Part shown: piece after piece, positions 19,015-28,628 of the stretch
How the letters are laid out: every line of letters begins with the position of its first letter
Position numbering within the stretch: position 1 is the first letter of the stretch
Assembly: GCA_963777315.1 (NCBI GenBank)
Contig: CAVZQC010000001.1
Location: forward strand, 1-64,000
DNA: 64,000 bases
Reading direction: 5' to 3'
Origin: Vulcanimicrobiota bacterium
GTDB taxonomy: Bacteria > Vulcanimicrobiota > Vulcanimicrobiia > Vulcanimicrobiales > Vulcanimicrobiaceae
The notes under the pieces: generated by a model
What the model saw: only the letters and a program-made list of their open reading frames with translations
The model's database searches: none
Told to the model about the DNA's origin: nothing
Made by a program: the position numbers and the translations under genes

Positions 19015-20063
19015 GGCGTGACTTTCGCACCGCCGGCGTTTTGCTGCGCCCCGCTCGTGCCGTACGCATTTTTCGGCTCCTGTCCGACTTTAGTTTCACC
19101 CAGCAGCGTGTCGTTGACGAAAAAGTAGATCGCGGACGTGCCGATCGTGGTGACGTTGAAGTCGAACTTCTGTCCCGGTTGCGCGTACCCCACGAACAAA
19201 TCGTAACGGCCCGTTTCGTCGCTGACCGAAAAACGAACCCGCAGCGGCTGGTTCTGCCCAGCCTCGGCAGGCGGCACGGCGGCAAGGACGTGCGTTTGGT
19301 GAATGATGCGTCCCGATTCGTGCGGGCCCGCGCTCACGTCCAGCGACACGACGTCGTACGGGCCGATCGTTTGGCCCGCGGAAGGAGTCTGGCGCACGAC
19401 CTGTCCGTGAGGCGGCCCGTTCGGGCCCAGGGGCGTCCATACGATTTGGCCGAACTTGATATGCTCTTGCGCCGCCAGACTGCGCGCCTCGTCGATGCTC
19501 ATTCCGCTAAAGCCGGGAACTTTGATCGACGTGATTCCCCCTTTGCTCACGAGCAGCGAAACTGGCGTGCCTTCCGTAACGCTTACCGACGGATCGGGGC
19601 TCTGCGAAATAACGTGATCGGGCGGAATGTCGTCGCTGCGCGCGTAGGTCGTCTTGGACAATTCCAAGCGCGCGTGCGAGAGGTCCAGCTTGGCATCGCG
19701 CAGCGATTGATAGCGTACGTCCGGCATGAGTATCGTCTGGACTCCGTCGCTGACCACCAGCGAAATTTGCCGGCCGGCTCGCACGTGCATTCCCGCTTGC
19801 GGCTCCTGATTCATCACCACGCCTTTGGGATATTGGGTGCTCGGCGCGTGTCCTGCTATCGACGATTTGAGCTTCATGCGCACGATGTCGTTCACGGCGT
19901 CCGGCTGCGTCATGCCGATGAACGAAGGCACCGTGAGCGTGTTGGGGCCGGGCAGCAAGAACTCTTGAATCGAATGTCCGAACCAAACGATCACGCCGAC
20001 GAAAGCGGCAAAGACGATCGGGAACACCCAATCGCGCGGCACGTACCGCGCAAGGTCCGTCAA
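19011..20063 (-). CDS. Membrane-anchored PASTA-domain protein with no kinase domain
   Basis: Short N-terminus, one TM helix, three PASTA repeats (VPSFIG, MPDVRY, VPGFSG) and a C-terminal beta domain. Confidence 0.85.
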   Translation of the reverse strand: MTDLARYVPRDWVFPIVFAAFVGVIVWFGHSIQEFLLPGPNTLTVPSFIGMTQPDAVNDIVRMKLKSSIAGHAPSTQYPKGVVMNQEPQAGMHVRAGRQISLVVSDGVQTILMPDVRYQSLRDAKLDLSHARLELSKTTYARSDDIPPDHVISQSPDPSVSVTEGTPVSLLVSKGGITSIKVPGFSGMSIDEARSLAAQEHIKFGQIVWTPLGPNGPPHGQVVRQTPSAGQTIGPYDVVSLDVSAGPHESGRIIHQTHVLAAVPPAEAGQNQPLRVRFSVSDETGRYDLFVGYAQPGQKFDFNVTTIGTSAIYFFVNDTLLGETKVGQEPKNAYGTSGAQQNAGGAKVTP

Positions 20064-20800
20064 ACCAGCGCCTCGAGCGCCGCTTCGCTCACTTCGAGGT
20101 TTGAAAAAACGCGCTGAACGTCTTCGTGGTCTTCGAGCGTCTCTAAGAAGTTGAGGGCAGCGGTGAGATCCTCGCCTTGCAGCGTCAGCTTCTGCTTTGC
20201 GCGCGCCCCCAGATACAGATCCGAAATCTTCACGCCGGAGGCGCGCAGGGCCTCGCGCACTTTCGCAAGAGCGGCAGGTTCGGTGTAGACGTCGGTGGGC
20301 TGCCCGAAGTCCACGTCGACGACGCCGTCGACCAGCGCCGCTTCGGTCATTGCGTCTTCCGATCGGCCGGCGGGATCGACGACCAGCATGCCTACCCCGT
20401 CGAACATCCAGGCAACGCTTCCGCTTTCGCCCAGGTTGCCGCCGTTTTTTGTAAACAGGAAGCGCAGTTCGCCGGCGGTGCGGTTGCGGTTGTCGGTTGC
20501 CGCATCGACCACCACCGCCAATCCGTGCGGCCCGTAACCCTCGTAGCGGATCTCCTCGATGTCGCGCTCCGAGTCGCCGGAGCCGCGGGCAACCGCGCGT
20601 TTGATGTTGTCCTGCGGCATATTGTTTTCGCGCGCCTTTTCGACGGCCATCTTCAAACGATAGTTCGCCTCGGGATCGGGCGAACCGGATTTCGCGGCAA
20701 GGATGATCTCTTTACTCAGCTTGGTAAAAAGAGCGCCGCGCTGTGCGTCGACTTTGCCTTTGCGCAGCCGAATGTTGTGCCACTTGGAATGACCGGACAT
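20060..20800 (-). CDS. yebC: YebC/PmpR family protein
   Basis: MSGHSKWHNI, YEGYGPHG, TDNRNRT, EDVQRVFSN. Confidence 0.95.
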   Translation of the reverse strand: MSGHSKWHNIRLRKGKVDAQRGALFTKLSKEIILAAKSGSPDPEANYRLKMAVEKARENNMPQDNIKRAVARGSGDSERDIEEIRYEGYGPHGLAVVVDAATDNRNRTAGELRFLFTKNGGNLGESGSVAWMFDGVGMLVVDPAGRSEDAMTEAALVDGVVDVDFGQPTDVYTEPAALAKVREALRASGVKISDLYLGARAKQKLTLQGEDLTAALNFLETLEDHEDVQRVFSNLEVSEAALEALV

Positions 20801-20812
20801 AGCTTGCTTCCT

Positions 20813-23800
20813 TTATACCCAGTGGTTGCCCAGCCACATGCGGGCGTGCCAATCGTTCCACGGAATCGGAACGCCGGCCAGTATCGGATAGAACCAAATG
20901 AACGCCAGTACCACGGCCGTCACGTATGCATAGACGCCGGCGCGTGCAAACAATCGTTGCTCGGGATTTTCCGCCGGCCGGTTCCAGATGCGCTGCAGCA
21001 CGATGACGTTGCAGAGCACGACGATCGGAACGTCCACGTAGAAGTGGTAGATCCACGCCAGCCTCGGCGAAAGCGCCCATGGCGCCCACTGTAGAACGTA
21101 CGCGACGACCAGCAGCGCGTAGCCTTTGTTCTTTTCGCGCCAAGCTAAAAACGCCACGCACGGCACGCAGAACAAACCTAGCCACAAGATCAGCGGATTG
21201 GGCAAAGAAATGATCTCCGAAACGCAGCATGCGTTGGAGTTGCTCGCCGCCAGACCGCTGCGCGAGTCGTTCCAGTAATAGGCGATCGGCCGCAGGTCCA
21301 GCGGCCACGACCACCACTTTGAAGCGTACGGGTGCGTCGCTTTGAGCGTGTCATGGTACTCGAACATCGTGTATTGGCGGTACACCAGTTCGCTCACGTT
21401 CGCAGCGCCCGTGTCTCCGGGCGGCGTTACGTGACGCACGAGTTCGGGAATCCACGCGCAGATATACACCGACATGCTGATGAAGACGATCGCCGCGAGC
21501 GCTACGTCCAAACGAAAGCCGAACGGGTTGCCCCATCGCTTGGTTTTGCCTTCCCGCCAATACCGTTGCAGCCACACCGCGGCGATCACGATAAACGACA
21601 CGCCGTACGCCATCACGCCGTACCATTTGCTCGCCACGAGCGCGCCCAGCAGCACCGTAAACGTCACGAGCCATCCGGTCGCATGACGGCCCTGCTCGAT
21701 TTCGCCTTCGTCGTCCGTCACGCGTCCGGGCGTATACCTGGCCGACCCTACCGGCGTGGCATACACGACCGAGCCGTCGCGCTTGTACGTTATGGACGCT
21801 TGCTCGTCGGCGACCTTCAAATCTTTCTTCACCGGCCGCCCATCCGGGGTCGTGAGGTTTGTATTGCCGCCCGCGATAGACAGTTGCGCACCCTCGGGAT
21901 AACTCGCGAAGCTGCCGGCGGCGCGTATAAAGCGCGGGAGGAGCCACAGCCGCATCACCAGATACCAGCCGCACGAAAAGTACAGTCCACAGACGACAAA
22001 GCCGGCGCGCGACCCGCCCCCCAGGCTATTCGTGACGGCGCCGCAGATGAACCCCAGAATCAGCGCGCCGCACAGCGAGACAGCCGCGCGCGCGACCGTG
22101 CCGGGTTCGTACCGGCGAACCGTGGACTGCGAGGCTATCCAGTACCGGTAGAACGCATACAGCGTTCCCAGCGAGAATACCACTACGATGCCTTCAGGCG
22201 TCGCGATCCGCGATTGCACGAAATGCATGCCGTCCGCGGTGAACATCACGGCTGCAAACGACGCGAACAGCGTCGAACGGGTCAGACGTTTGGCAAATGC
22301 GTACAGCACCACGATGACGATCGCGCCGAACAGTACGTCCAAAAAACGCCAGCCGTGCGAATTGTCGCCGCCGTGCATGCCTCCGAACAGCATCGTGGAC
22401 AACGTGATGATCAGCTTGGTCAGCGGCGGGTGCGTGTTTTCGTAGATGTATTTGTTGGTCAGGTACTCTTCGGCCGCTCGAGCGAAATAGATCTCGTCGA
22501 AAATCTTTTCGGTCGGCAGCCAATAGTTGACGTACGAAACGACGAACGAGACGATTGCGAACAAGCCGGCCAGCACGTAATCCAGCGGCCAAATCATCGA
22601 TCCCAAGCCTTCGCGCGGATCGAACCACGACCGGGCTCGCAGATTGACGGGCAGCTCCGGCGCGGACCGCGCCTGCGCCGCCTGCGGCGCCACGCTCGTT
22701 TCGTCGGCGCCTTGGCCCAAGAACACGTATCCCAAGTAGAAAAAAGCCGCTACGTTGATCAGCGAAAGCGGATGCGTGATTGCCGGCCACATGTCCATCG
22801 CGTTGACGCCCGGCGTATGGTTGGTCACGACGCTCAGGTACGTGAGCGAGTACAGCAAATTGACGAATAGGGTGATCGAAAACACGACCGACGTCCACAG
22901 ATACCGCATCGCGAAGGGTATCGCCGCCATCGTGAACAGCATGCCGTCATAAATGTATCTTTCGTGCATGCGGGTAGAGAGCATATAGAACGCCAGCGTC
23001 AGCAACGCGGCCGATTCGATGAAGGCTTGCTGCGTGCGGCTCTGCGCGTAGCGCACCAGCGTGAGCACCGTGGCCGCGGCGACCAGCAGGACTCCCCAGA
23101 AGTATTGCGGCCACGGGCCGATTTGCTGCGAGTCGGGCAGCCAGAACGGATGAATGACCGACCACAGGTTGAACGCGTTGACCGAACTATAGGCGTAGAC
23201 GTCCTTGCCGAAACTGTACTTCTGATACAGCCAAGAGAATGCGTCGACGGGGTTAGGCGTCGGATGAAACGGCAGCGTGAGCACCAGCGCCAAGGCGGCC
23301 GCAGCGACGATCCCCACGCCGGTGGCCGTCAGCCGCATCGTGCGGCGCGCGGGCGAAACGAACGCGAAGACCACAAACAGCGGGATGAGTATCGCGGCCT
23401 GCGGCTTGATCAGCAGCGAATACGACAGCGCGAGCCACGCGGGAACGATCTGCGCCATCGCCCCTGCGATGGAATCGGCGTCGTCGCTGCGCAGCAGCAA
23501 ATACACCGCCAGCAGCGCAAGGCCCGCGGAAATCGAATCGACTTGCCCCCATGCGGCCGAGATGAAAATCACCGCCGGGTTGAGCACGAACACTGCCGCC
23601 ACGCCCAGTGCCCAACGCTCGCCGACGAAGCGGCGCGCCACTGCGTACAGCAGTCCCGCATCGACCAAATCCATCACGACTGCCGGCAGCTTCACGAGGT
23701 ACTTGAGAACGTCGTAGTTGCCGTGCGGCGAAAGCAGGCCGTACAGATGCCCGACTATCCATAAAACGTAAAAATATCCGGGCGGGTAATCCGCAAACGA

Positions 23801-24025
23801 CGTCGAGCTGTAGAATTGCGCGAACGGGTGCGCAGCAAGCGTGATGGCCCAGGCTTCGAATGAACTGACGTCGTTGCGAAAACCCTCGTTGCCCATGAAC
23901 GGCAGACGCAGCGCCAAACCGGCGGCCAGCAGCAGCCACAGCCACAGCGTCGCTGAGGCCGAGCGTTCTTGCGTGCCCACGCCGCTGCGCAGTTGCGCCT
24001 TCGATGTACTCAAATGCTCCCCCAC
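20813..24025 (-). CDS. Tandem GT-C glycosyltransferase: GT87-like N-terminal module fused to a PMT/GT39 protein O-mannosyltransferase-like module
   Basis: ADYPPGY, NPAVIFISAAWGQVDS and RMHERY in the N module; FDEIYF, THPPLTK, HFVQSRIAT, SKWYG and HPYASKWWSWP in the PMT module. Confidence 0.85.
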   Translation of the reverse strand: MGEHLSTSKAQLRSGVGTQERSASATLWLWLLLAAGLALRLPFMGNEGFRNDVSSFEAWAITLAAHPFAQFYSSTSFADYPPGYFYVLWIVGHLYGLLSPHGNYDVLKYLVKLPAVVMDLVDAGLLYAVARRFVGERWALGVAAVFVLNPAVIFISAAWGQVDSISAGLALLAVYLLLRSDDADSIAGAMAQIVPAWLALSYSLLIKPQAAILIPLFVVFAFVSPARRTMRLTATGVGIVAAAALALVLTLPFHPTPNPVDAFSWLYQKYSFGKDVYAYSSVNAFNLWSVIHPFWLPDSQQIGPWPQYFWGVLLVAAATVLTLVRYAQSRTQQAFIESAALLTLAFYMLSTRMHERYIYDGMLFTMAAIPFAMRYLWTSVVFSITLFVNLLYSLTYLSVVTNHTPGVNAMDMWPAITHPLSLINVAAFFYLGYVFLGQGADETSVAPQAAQARSAPELPVNLRARSWFDPREGLGSMIWPLDYVLAGLFAIVSFVVSYVNYWLPTEKIFDEIYFARAAEEYLTNKYIYENTHPPLTKLIITLSTMLFGGMHGGDNSHGWRFLDVLFGAIVIVVLYAFAKRLTRSTLFASFAAVMFTADGMHFVQSRIATPEGIVVVFSLGTLYAFYRYWIASQSTVRRYEPGTVARAAVSLCGALILGFICGAVTNSLGGGSRAGFVVCGLYFSCGWYLVMRLWLLPRFIRAAGSFASYPEGAQLSIAGGNTNLTTPDGRPVKKDLKVADEQASITYKRDGSVVYATPVGSARYTPGRVTDDEGEIEQGRHATGWLVTFTVLLGALVASKWYGVMAYGVSFIVIAAVWLQRYWREGKTKRWGNPFGFRLDVALAAIVFISMSVYICAWIPELVRHVTPPGDTGAANVSELVYRQYTMFEYHDTLKATHPYASKWWSWPLDLRPIAYYWNDSRSGLAASNSNACCVSEIISLPNPLILWLGLFCVPCVAFLAWREKNKGYALLVVAYVLQWAPWALSPRLAWIYHFYVDVPIVVLCNVIVLQRIWNRPAENPEQRLFARAGVYAYVTAVVLAFIWFYPILAGVPIPWNDWHARMWLGNHWV

Positions 24026-24036
24026 GGCGTCCGCCT

Positions 24037-25014
24037 TTAGGAAGACGCCAGCTGCAACGAGCTCAGTAAGAAATCGCGAATGCTAGCCACGTGGTGGCCT
24101 TCGACGACCGCCAAATGTTCGGCGACGGCCGCATAGGCGGCCTCTTTGGCGCCCAGCGCTTCCAGCGCTTCGATCACATCCGTTACAGTGGCCGGATCGA
24201 GGGCCTGACCGCGCGCGTATGCCGACGCGATCGTCTCGCGCGCCGAAGAAGGCGGCTGGTCCAAAGCCCAAACGACCGGAAAGGTCCACTTACGCCGGGC
24301 GATGTCGTTGCCGCGCACCTTGCCGGTCGCATTGACCGAACCCCACACCCCCAGCATGTCGTCGCGAATTTGAAACGCCAGCCCGTACGCGCGGCCAAGC
24401 CGCCGGTACTGCAGCGCCAGCTCGTCGCTGCACGGCGCGCAGAGCGCTCCCAGTTCCGACGAAGCTCCGAACAGCGCCGCGGTTTTCGCGGCGATCATCG
24501 CCTGGTATTCGCCCGAGTTCACGGCGGCCGCGCGCTCGAATGAAAGATCGAGCGACTGACCGTCGCACATGGTTGCGTGCGCCTCGTGCAGCGCCCGAAC
24601 CATGTGCAGCACGCGCTCCTCGCGGTGCCGCCCGCGCGCCTTCATCAGCACCAGAAAGCTGATGGCGCATAATGCGTCGCCGGCGTTGAGCGCCTGCGGG
24701 ATCCCGTACACCGACCACAGCGTGCGCCGTCCGTGCCGCAGCTCGTCGCTGTCCTCGATGTCGTCATGAACGAGCGAGTAATTATGCAGGATCTCGACTG
24801 CTGCAGCTGCGTCCAATGCATCGCCGACGTCGCCGCCCTCGGCTTGGACGACGCGTAAAAGCAAACTCGGACGCAGGCGTTTTCCGCGGCGGGCCGGCCC
24901 ATGCTTATCGAATCCGAAGTGGTAGAACAGCATATCGGCCAGTTCTTTGGAACCCCGATATTCACGAACTACCTCTTCGAGATGTGCTTCGAAACGCTCG
25001 CTATGCTCGCCCAA
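24037..25014 (-). CDS. Polyprenyl diphosphate synthase
   Basis: GKRLRP, SLVHDDIED..RHG, GQSLD, KTAALF, AFQIRDD. Confidence 0.92.
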   Translation of the reverse strand: MGEHSERFEAHLEEVVREYRGSKELADMLFYHFGFDKHGPARRGKRLRPSLLLRVVQAEGGDVGDALDAAAAVEILHNYSLVHDDIEDSDELRHGRRTLWSVYGIPQALNAGDALCAISFLVLMKARGRHREERVLHMVRALHEAHATMCDGQSLDLSFERAAAVNSGEYQAMIAAKTAALFGASSELGALCAPCSDELALQYRRLGRAYGLAFQIRDDMLGVWGSVNATGKVRGNDIARRKWTFPVVWALDQPPSSARETIASAYARGQALDPATVTDVIEALEALGAKEAAYAAVAEHLAVVEGHHVASIRDFLLSSLQLASS

Positions 25015-25600
25015 GACTGCTCGCCAGCGAGCGAATTGCCCGCATGACCTCGTCGGTGAAATTCGCCATCTCGGCGCGGGTGGCTTTTCCTTGGGAGTGC
25101 AGATGCAGTGCAGGTCCGAAGGCGACCCGAAATGCCGCCAACCGCACGGCAGCGCTCGTCCCCACCAGGCACGCGGGTACCACGGGGGCATTCCCCAAAG
25201 ACGCCAGCAGCGCAACGCCTTCGCGCACGGGCGCCACGCCTTGGGCATTGCGCGTGCCTTCCGGAAATATTCCGATGACGCCGCCCCCGCGTAAAACGCC
25301 GACGGACCGTTTGATCGCCGCCGCCGCCGAGCCTTCGCGATCGACCGGATACGCGCCGACCGCGTGGATGGCTGCGCCCAGAACCGGAATGCGGAACAGC
25401 TGCGCTTTGGCCATGTACGAAATGCGCCGCGGACAGGCTGCACCCAGCACCGGCGGATCCAAATACGAAACGTGATTGCAAGCGATGATCGCGGGCCCTT
25501 CGCTCGGCACGTTTGCCGCGCCGTGAACCCGCATGCGCCATACGGTGCTGAAGGCGGCCCAAAACGCATTTTTGGCGGTGTCGTACAGCAGCGCGTTCAC
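25001..25600 (-). CDS. plsC: 1-acyl-sn-glycerol-3-phosphate acyltransferase
   Basis: NHVSYLDP, FPEGTR. Confidence 0.9.
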   Translation of the reverse strand: MNALLYDTAKNAFWAAFSTVWRMRVHGAANVPSEGPAIIACNHVSYLDPPVLGAACPRRISYMAKAQLFRIPVLGAAIHAVGAYPVDREGSAAAAIKRSVGVLRGGGVIGIFPEGTRNAQGVAPVREGVALLASLGNAPVVPACLVGTSAAVRLAAFRVAFGPALHLHSQGKATRAEMANFTDEVMRAIRSLASSLGRA

Positions 25601-26280
25601 ACCGCTGCTTGCACGATTCGGCAGATCTCTTCAACCACTTGCGCCACGCTCAAGTCGCTTGAATCGATCACGTGCGCGTCGGGGGCTCTGCGAAGCGGCG
25701 AGACTTTGCGGCCGGTATCCAGGCGATCGCGTTCCTCGATTTCAGTGGTCAGCTCGTGCAGGCCCACGTCGACGCCCGCGGCTTCGAGCTGATTGCGCCG
25801 CCGGCACACCCGTGCTTCAACGGAGGCCGTAAGAAATATTTTGTACGCGGCATCCGGCATCACTACCGTACCGATGTCCCGGCCCGCCATGACGACGGAA
25901 CCTTCGGCGGCAACGAGGCGCTGTTTGCCGACCATTGCCTGGCGCACGCGCGCGTGCGCTGCTATCGTCGACACCACCGCGGTCACTTGCGGCGATTCCA
26001 GCTCTACGTGCGTGAGCGCCGTCCCGCCGGCGAAAATCGCAAAACCGAGCGGCGCTTGCCGATCCAGCACGACGCGGATACGATGCTGCTCGCACAGGCG
26101 TACAAGTGCGTTCTCATTGTCGAGATCCGTCTGGGTGCTCAAGGCTAAATACGCCAAGGCCCGATACATCGCGCCCGTATCGAGATACAGCACCCCCAAT
26201 CGATCGGCCAAAAGCCGCGCAGCGGTGGTTTTACCGGAGGCGGCCGGCCCGTCGATGGCAATTTGAAGTCGCGGGGGCAC
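25597..26280 (-). CDS. cmk: Cytidylate kinase
   Basis: IAIDGPAASGKTT, LDTGAMYRA, GRDIGTVV. Confidence 0.96.
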   Translation of the reverse strand: MPPRLQIAIDGPAASGKTTAARLLADRLGVLYLDTGAMYRALAYLALSTQTDLDNENALVRLCEQHRIRVVLDRQAPLGFAIFAGGTALTHVELESPQVTAVVSTIAAHARVRQAMVGKQRLVAAEGSVVMAGRDIGTVVMPDAAYKIFLTASVEARVCRRRNQLEAAGVDVGLHELTTEIEERDRLDTGRKVSPLRRAPDAHVIDSSDLSVAQVVEEICRIVQAAV

Positions 26281-26419
26281 GCCGCCGCATTAGGCGGTCG
26301 TCCGGCAGAGGCCTTCGCTGCACGTTCCCGCCAATACTAGCGGCCCGTGAAGAAATCTCCGCACGCCTGCCGCATCCCGTTTTTGGCCTCTTTCATCGTT
26401 GCTGCGGCGGTCTGCCGCC

Positions 26420-27757
26420 GTGGCTAAAGCGCGGTCGGTCTATTTTTGCTCGGCGTGCGGTTTCGAATCGCCGCGCTGGCTGGGACGCTGCCCGCAATGC
26501 GAAGCATGGAATTCCTTCGACCAGCGTCCGATGCGCATCGCGCCCGCAAAAAATGCCGCGGCCGTGCCGCTGCGAGCGCAAAGCGGACCCATTGCCCTGC
26601 GCCACGTCGACCAAGAACAATTATCTCGCACGCGCACCGGCCTTTCGGAATTCGACTCGGTCATGGGCGGCGGAATCGTGCCGGGCAGTTTGACGCTGGT
26701 CGGCGGCCCTCCCGGAGCCGGCAAATCGACGCTGCTGCTGCAGATCGCGGGGTTGCTCGGGCGCGCAGGCTCCGTGATATACGTCTGCGGCGAGGAGTCT
26801 GCGGCACAAGTAAAGCTGCGCGCGCAGCGCATCTTTAGCCAATCCGGGCCGGGCGGCGTCGACGACGTCCTGGTGTTTGCCGAAACCAATTTGCGTGCCG
26901 TTCTCGACGAAGTCGAAAAGCGAGCTCCGCGAACGCTCGTCGTCGATTCGATTCAAACCGTGTGGCTGCCCGAATCGGAGTCGTACGCCGGCAGCGTTAC
27001 GCAGATCCGCGACTGCACGCAGGCACTGATGGAGTTTGCCAAGCGTACGGGATGCGCGACCTTCATCGTCGGTCACGTCACTAAGGAAGGCACTATTGCG
27101 GGGCCGCGCCTGCTCGAGCACTTGGTCGATACCGTGCTGTATTTCGAAGGCGAAGCCGGCGCCGATTACCGCATCGTTCGCGCCTATAAGAACCGCTTCG
27201 GAAGCGTCGACGAGATTTGCGTTTTCACCATGCGCGCCGACGGTTTGCACGAGGTCGCCAATCCGTCGGAACTGTTCTTGTCGCGACGCCACGACCGCCC
27301 GAGCGGATCGTGCGTGGTGGCCGGCATAGTCGGATCGCGTCCGGTGCTGCTGGAAGTGCAGGCGCTGGTCGGAGAAACCGCGTACGGCACGCCGCGCCGG
27401 TTGGCCAACAACATCGACCAGCCGCGCCTGGCAATGATCATCGCCGTGCTCGAACGGCGCGCCGGTTTGCAGATCGGCGCGCACGACATCTACGCCTCGG
27501 TCGCGGGCGGTTTGCGCGTAAACGAACCGGCCGCCGATCTCGGCATCGCGCTGGCGATTGCATCGTCGTTCCGCAACCGTGCAATGGCCGCCGGCTCCGC
27601 GGCTTTCGGCGAGCTCGGGCTTTCGGGAGAAGTGCGTGCCGTCAACGGAGCGGCGCGCAGAATCGCCGAGGCGAACAAACTCGGTTATCGCACGCTGTAC
27701 ACCCCGGAAAACTGCGCCGACGTCGCGCAAGCGCTGGATCGCGCGCTGTCGGCTTGA
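26420..27757 (+). CDS. radA: DNA repair protein RadA/Sms
   Basis: C4 zinc finger, Walker A GPPGAGKST, KNRFG motif. Confidence 0.96.
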   Translation: MAKARSVYFCSACGFESPRWLGRCPQCEAWNSFDQRPMRIAPAKNAAAVPLRAQSGPIALRHVDQEQLSRTRTGLSEFDSVMGGGIVPGSLTLVGGPPGAGKSTLLLQIAGLLGRAGSVIYVCGEESAAQVKLRAQRIFSQSGPGGVDDVLVFAETNLRAVLDEVEKRAPRTLVVDSIQTVWLPESESYAGSVTQIRDCTQALMEFAKRTGCATFIVGHVTKEGTIAGPRLLEHLVDTVLYFEGEAGADYRIVRAYKNRFGSVDEICVFTMRADGLHEVANPSELFLSRRHDRPSGSCVVAGIVGSRPVLLEVQALVGETAYGTPRRLANNIDQPRLAMIIAVLERRAGLQIGAHDIYASVAGGLRVNEPAADLGIALAIASSFRNRAMAAGSAAFGELGLSGEVRAVNGAARRIAEANKLGYRTLYTPENCADVAQALDRALSA

Positions 27758-27773
27758 ACCCGGCGCCGGTGTA

Positions 27774-28628
27774 GTGCTGTTCGAGTCGGTTCCGAACATC
27801 TCCGAGGGGCGGGACCCGTCGATCGTCCAGGCATGCATTGCGGCGGTGAGCGATGCCGGCGCTCGCGTGCTGCATCGCACCAGCGACCCGGTGCATAACC
27901 GCAGCGTCCTCACCATCGCGGGCAGCTACGAGTCGCTGCGCGACGCGGCGGTGGAGCTGGCTGCGGTCAGCGTGCAGCGGATCGATTTGCGCGCGCATTC
28001 CGGCGTGCATCCGCGCATGGGAGCGCTGGACGTTTTGCCGTTCGTTCCGCTGCGGCAGGCGTCGATGAGCGATGCCGTCCGCTTGGCACGCGAAGTTGGG
28101 GCCGCCATCTGGGATCGCCTTCGCGTTCCGTCGTTTTTATACGCAGAAGCGGCCGCGACGCCGCTTCGCCGCGATCTCGCGCGGGTGCGGCAGGGACAGT
28201 TCGAGGGACTGGATGCGCGGTTTTTGCTTCCGGATTGGCGGCCGGACTTCGGCGACGTTGCCAAGCACGCAAGCGCGGGTGCCATCGCCGTCGGTGCGCG
28301 CGACGTATTGATTGCTTTCAACGTCGAGCTGGACACCGGCGATCTTTCACTGGCAAAAGCAATCGCGCGCGCGCTGCGCGAACGCGACGGCGGCCTGCGT
28401 ACGCTCAAAGCGCTGGGGCTGCGCCTGGGCCCGCAGTTGGTTCAAGTTTCGCTCAACGTGACGGACTACCGCGCCACTCCGCTCTACCGGATCGTCGAAC
28501 TGATTCGCGAAATGGCAGCCCAAGCGGGCGTTGCGCTGGTGCGTTCGGAACTGGTTGGGTGTATACCGTACGCCGCCGTCGAAGCGTCGGCATCGTATTA
28601 CTTGGGCCTTAGTCCGGAGACGTCGTGA
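27774..28628 (+). CDS. Glutamate formiminotransferase (FTCD N-terminal domain only)
   Basis: FESVPNISEGRD, DPVHNRSV, HSGVHPRMGALDVLPFVP, GARDVLIAFNV. Confidence 0.9.
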   Translation: MLFESVPNISEGRDPSIVQACIAAVSDAGARVLHRTSDPVHNRSVLTIAGSYESLRDAAVELAAVSVQRIDLRAHSGVHPRMGALDVLPFVPLRQASMSDAVRLAREVGAAIWDRLRVPSFLYAEAAATPLRRDLARVRQGQFEGLDARFLLPDWRPDFGDVAKHASAGAIAVGARDVLIAFNVELDTGDLSLAKAIARALRERDGGLRTLKALGLRLGPQLVQVSLNVTDYRATPLYRIVELIREMAAQAGVALVRSELVGCIPYAAVEASASYYLGLSPETS

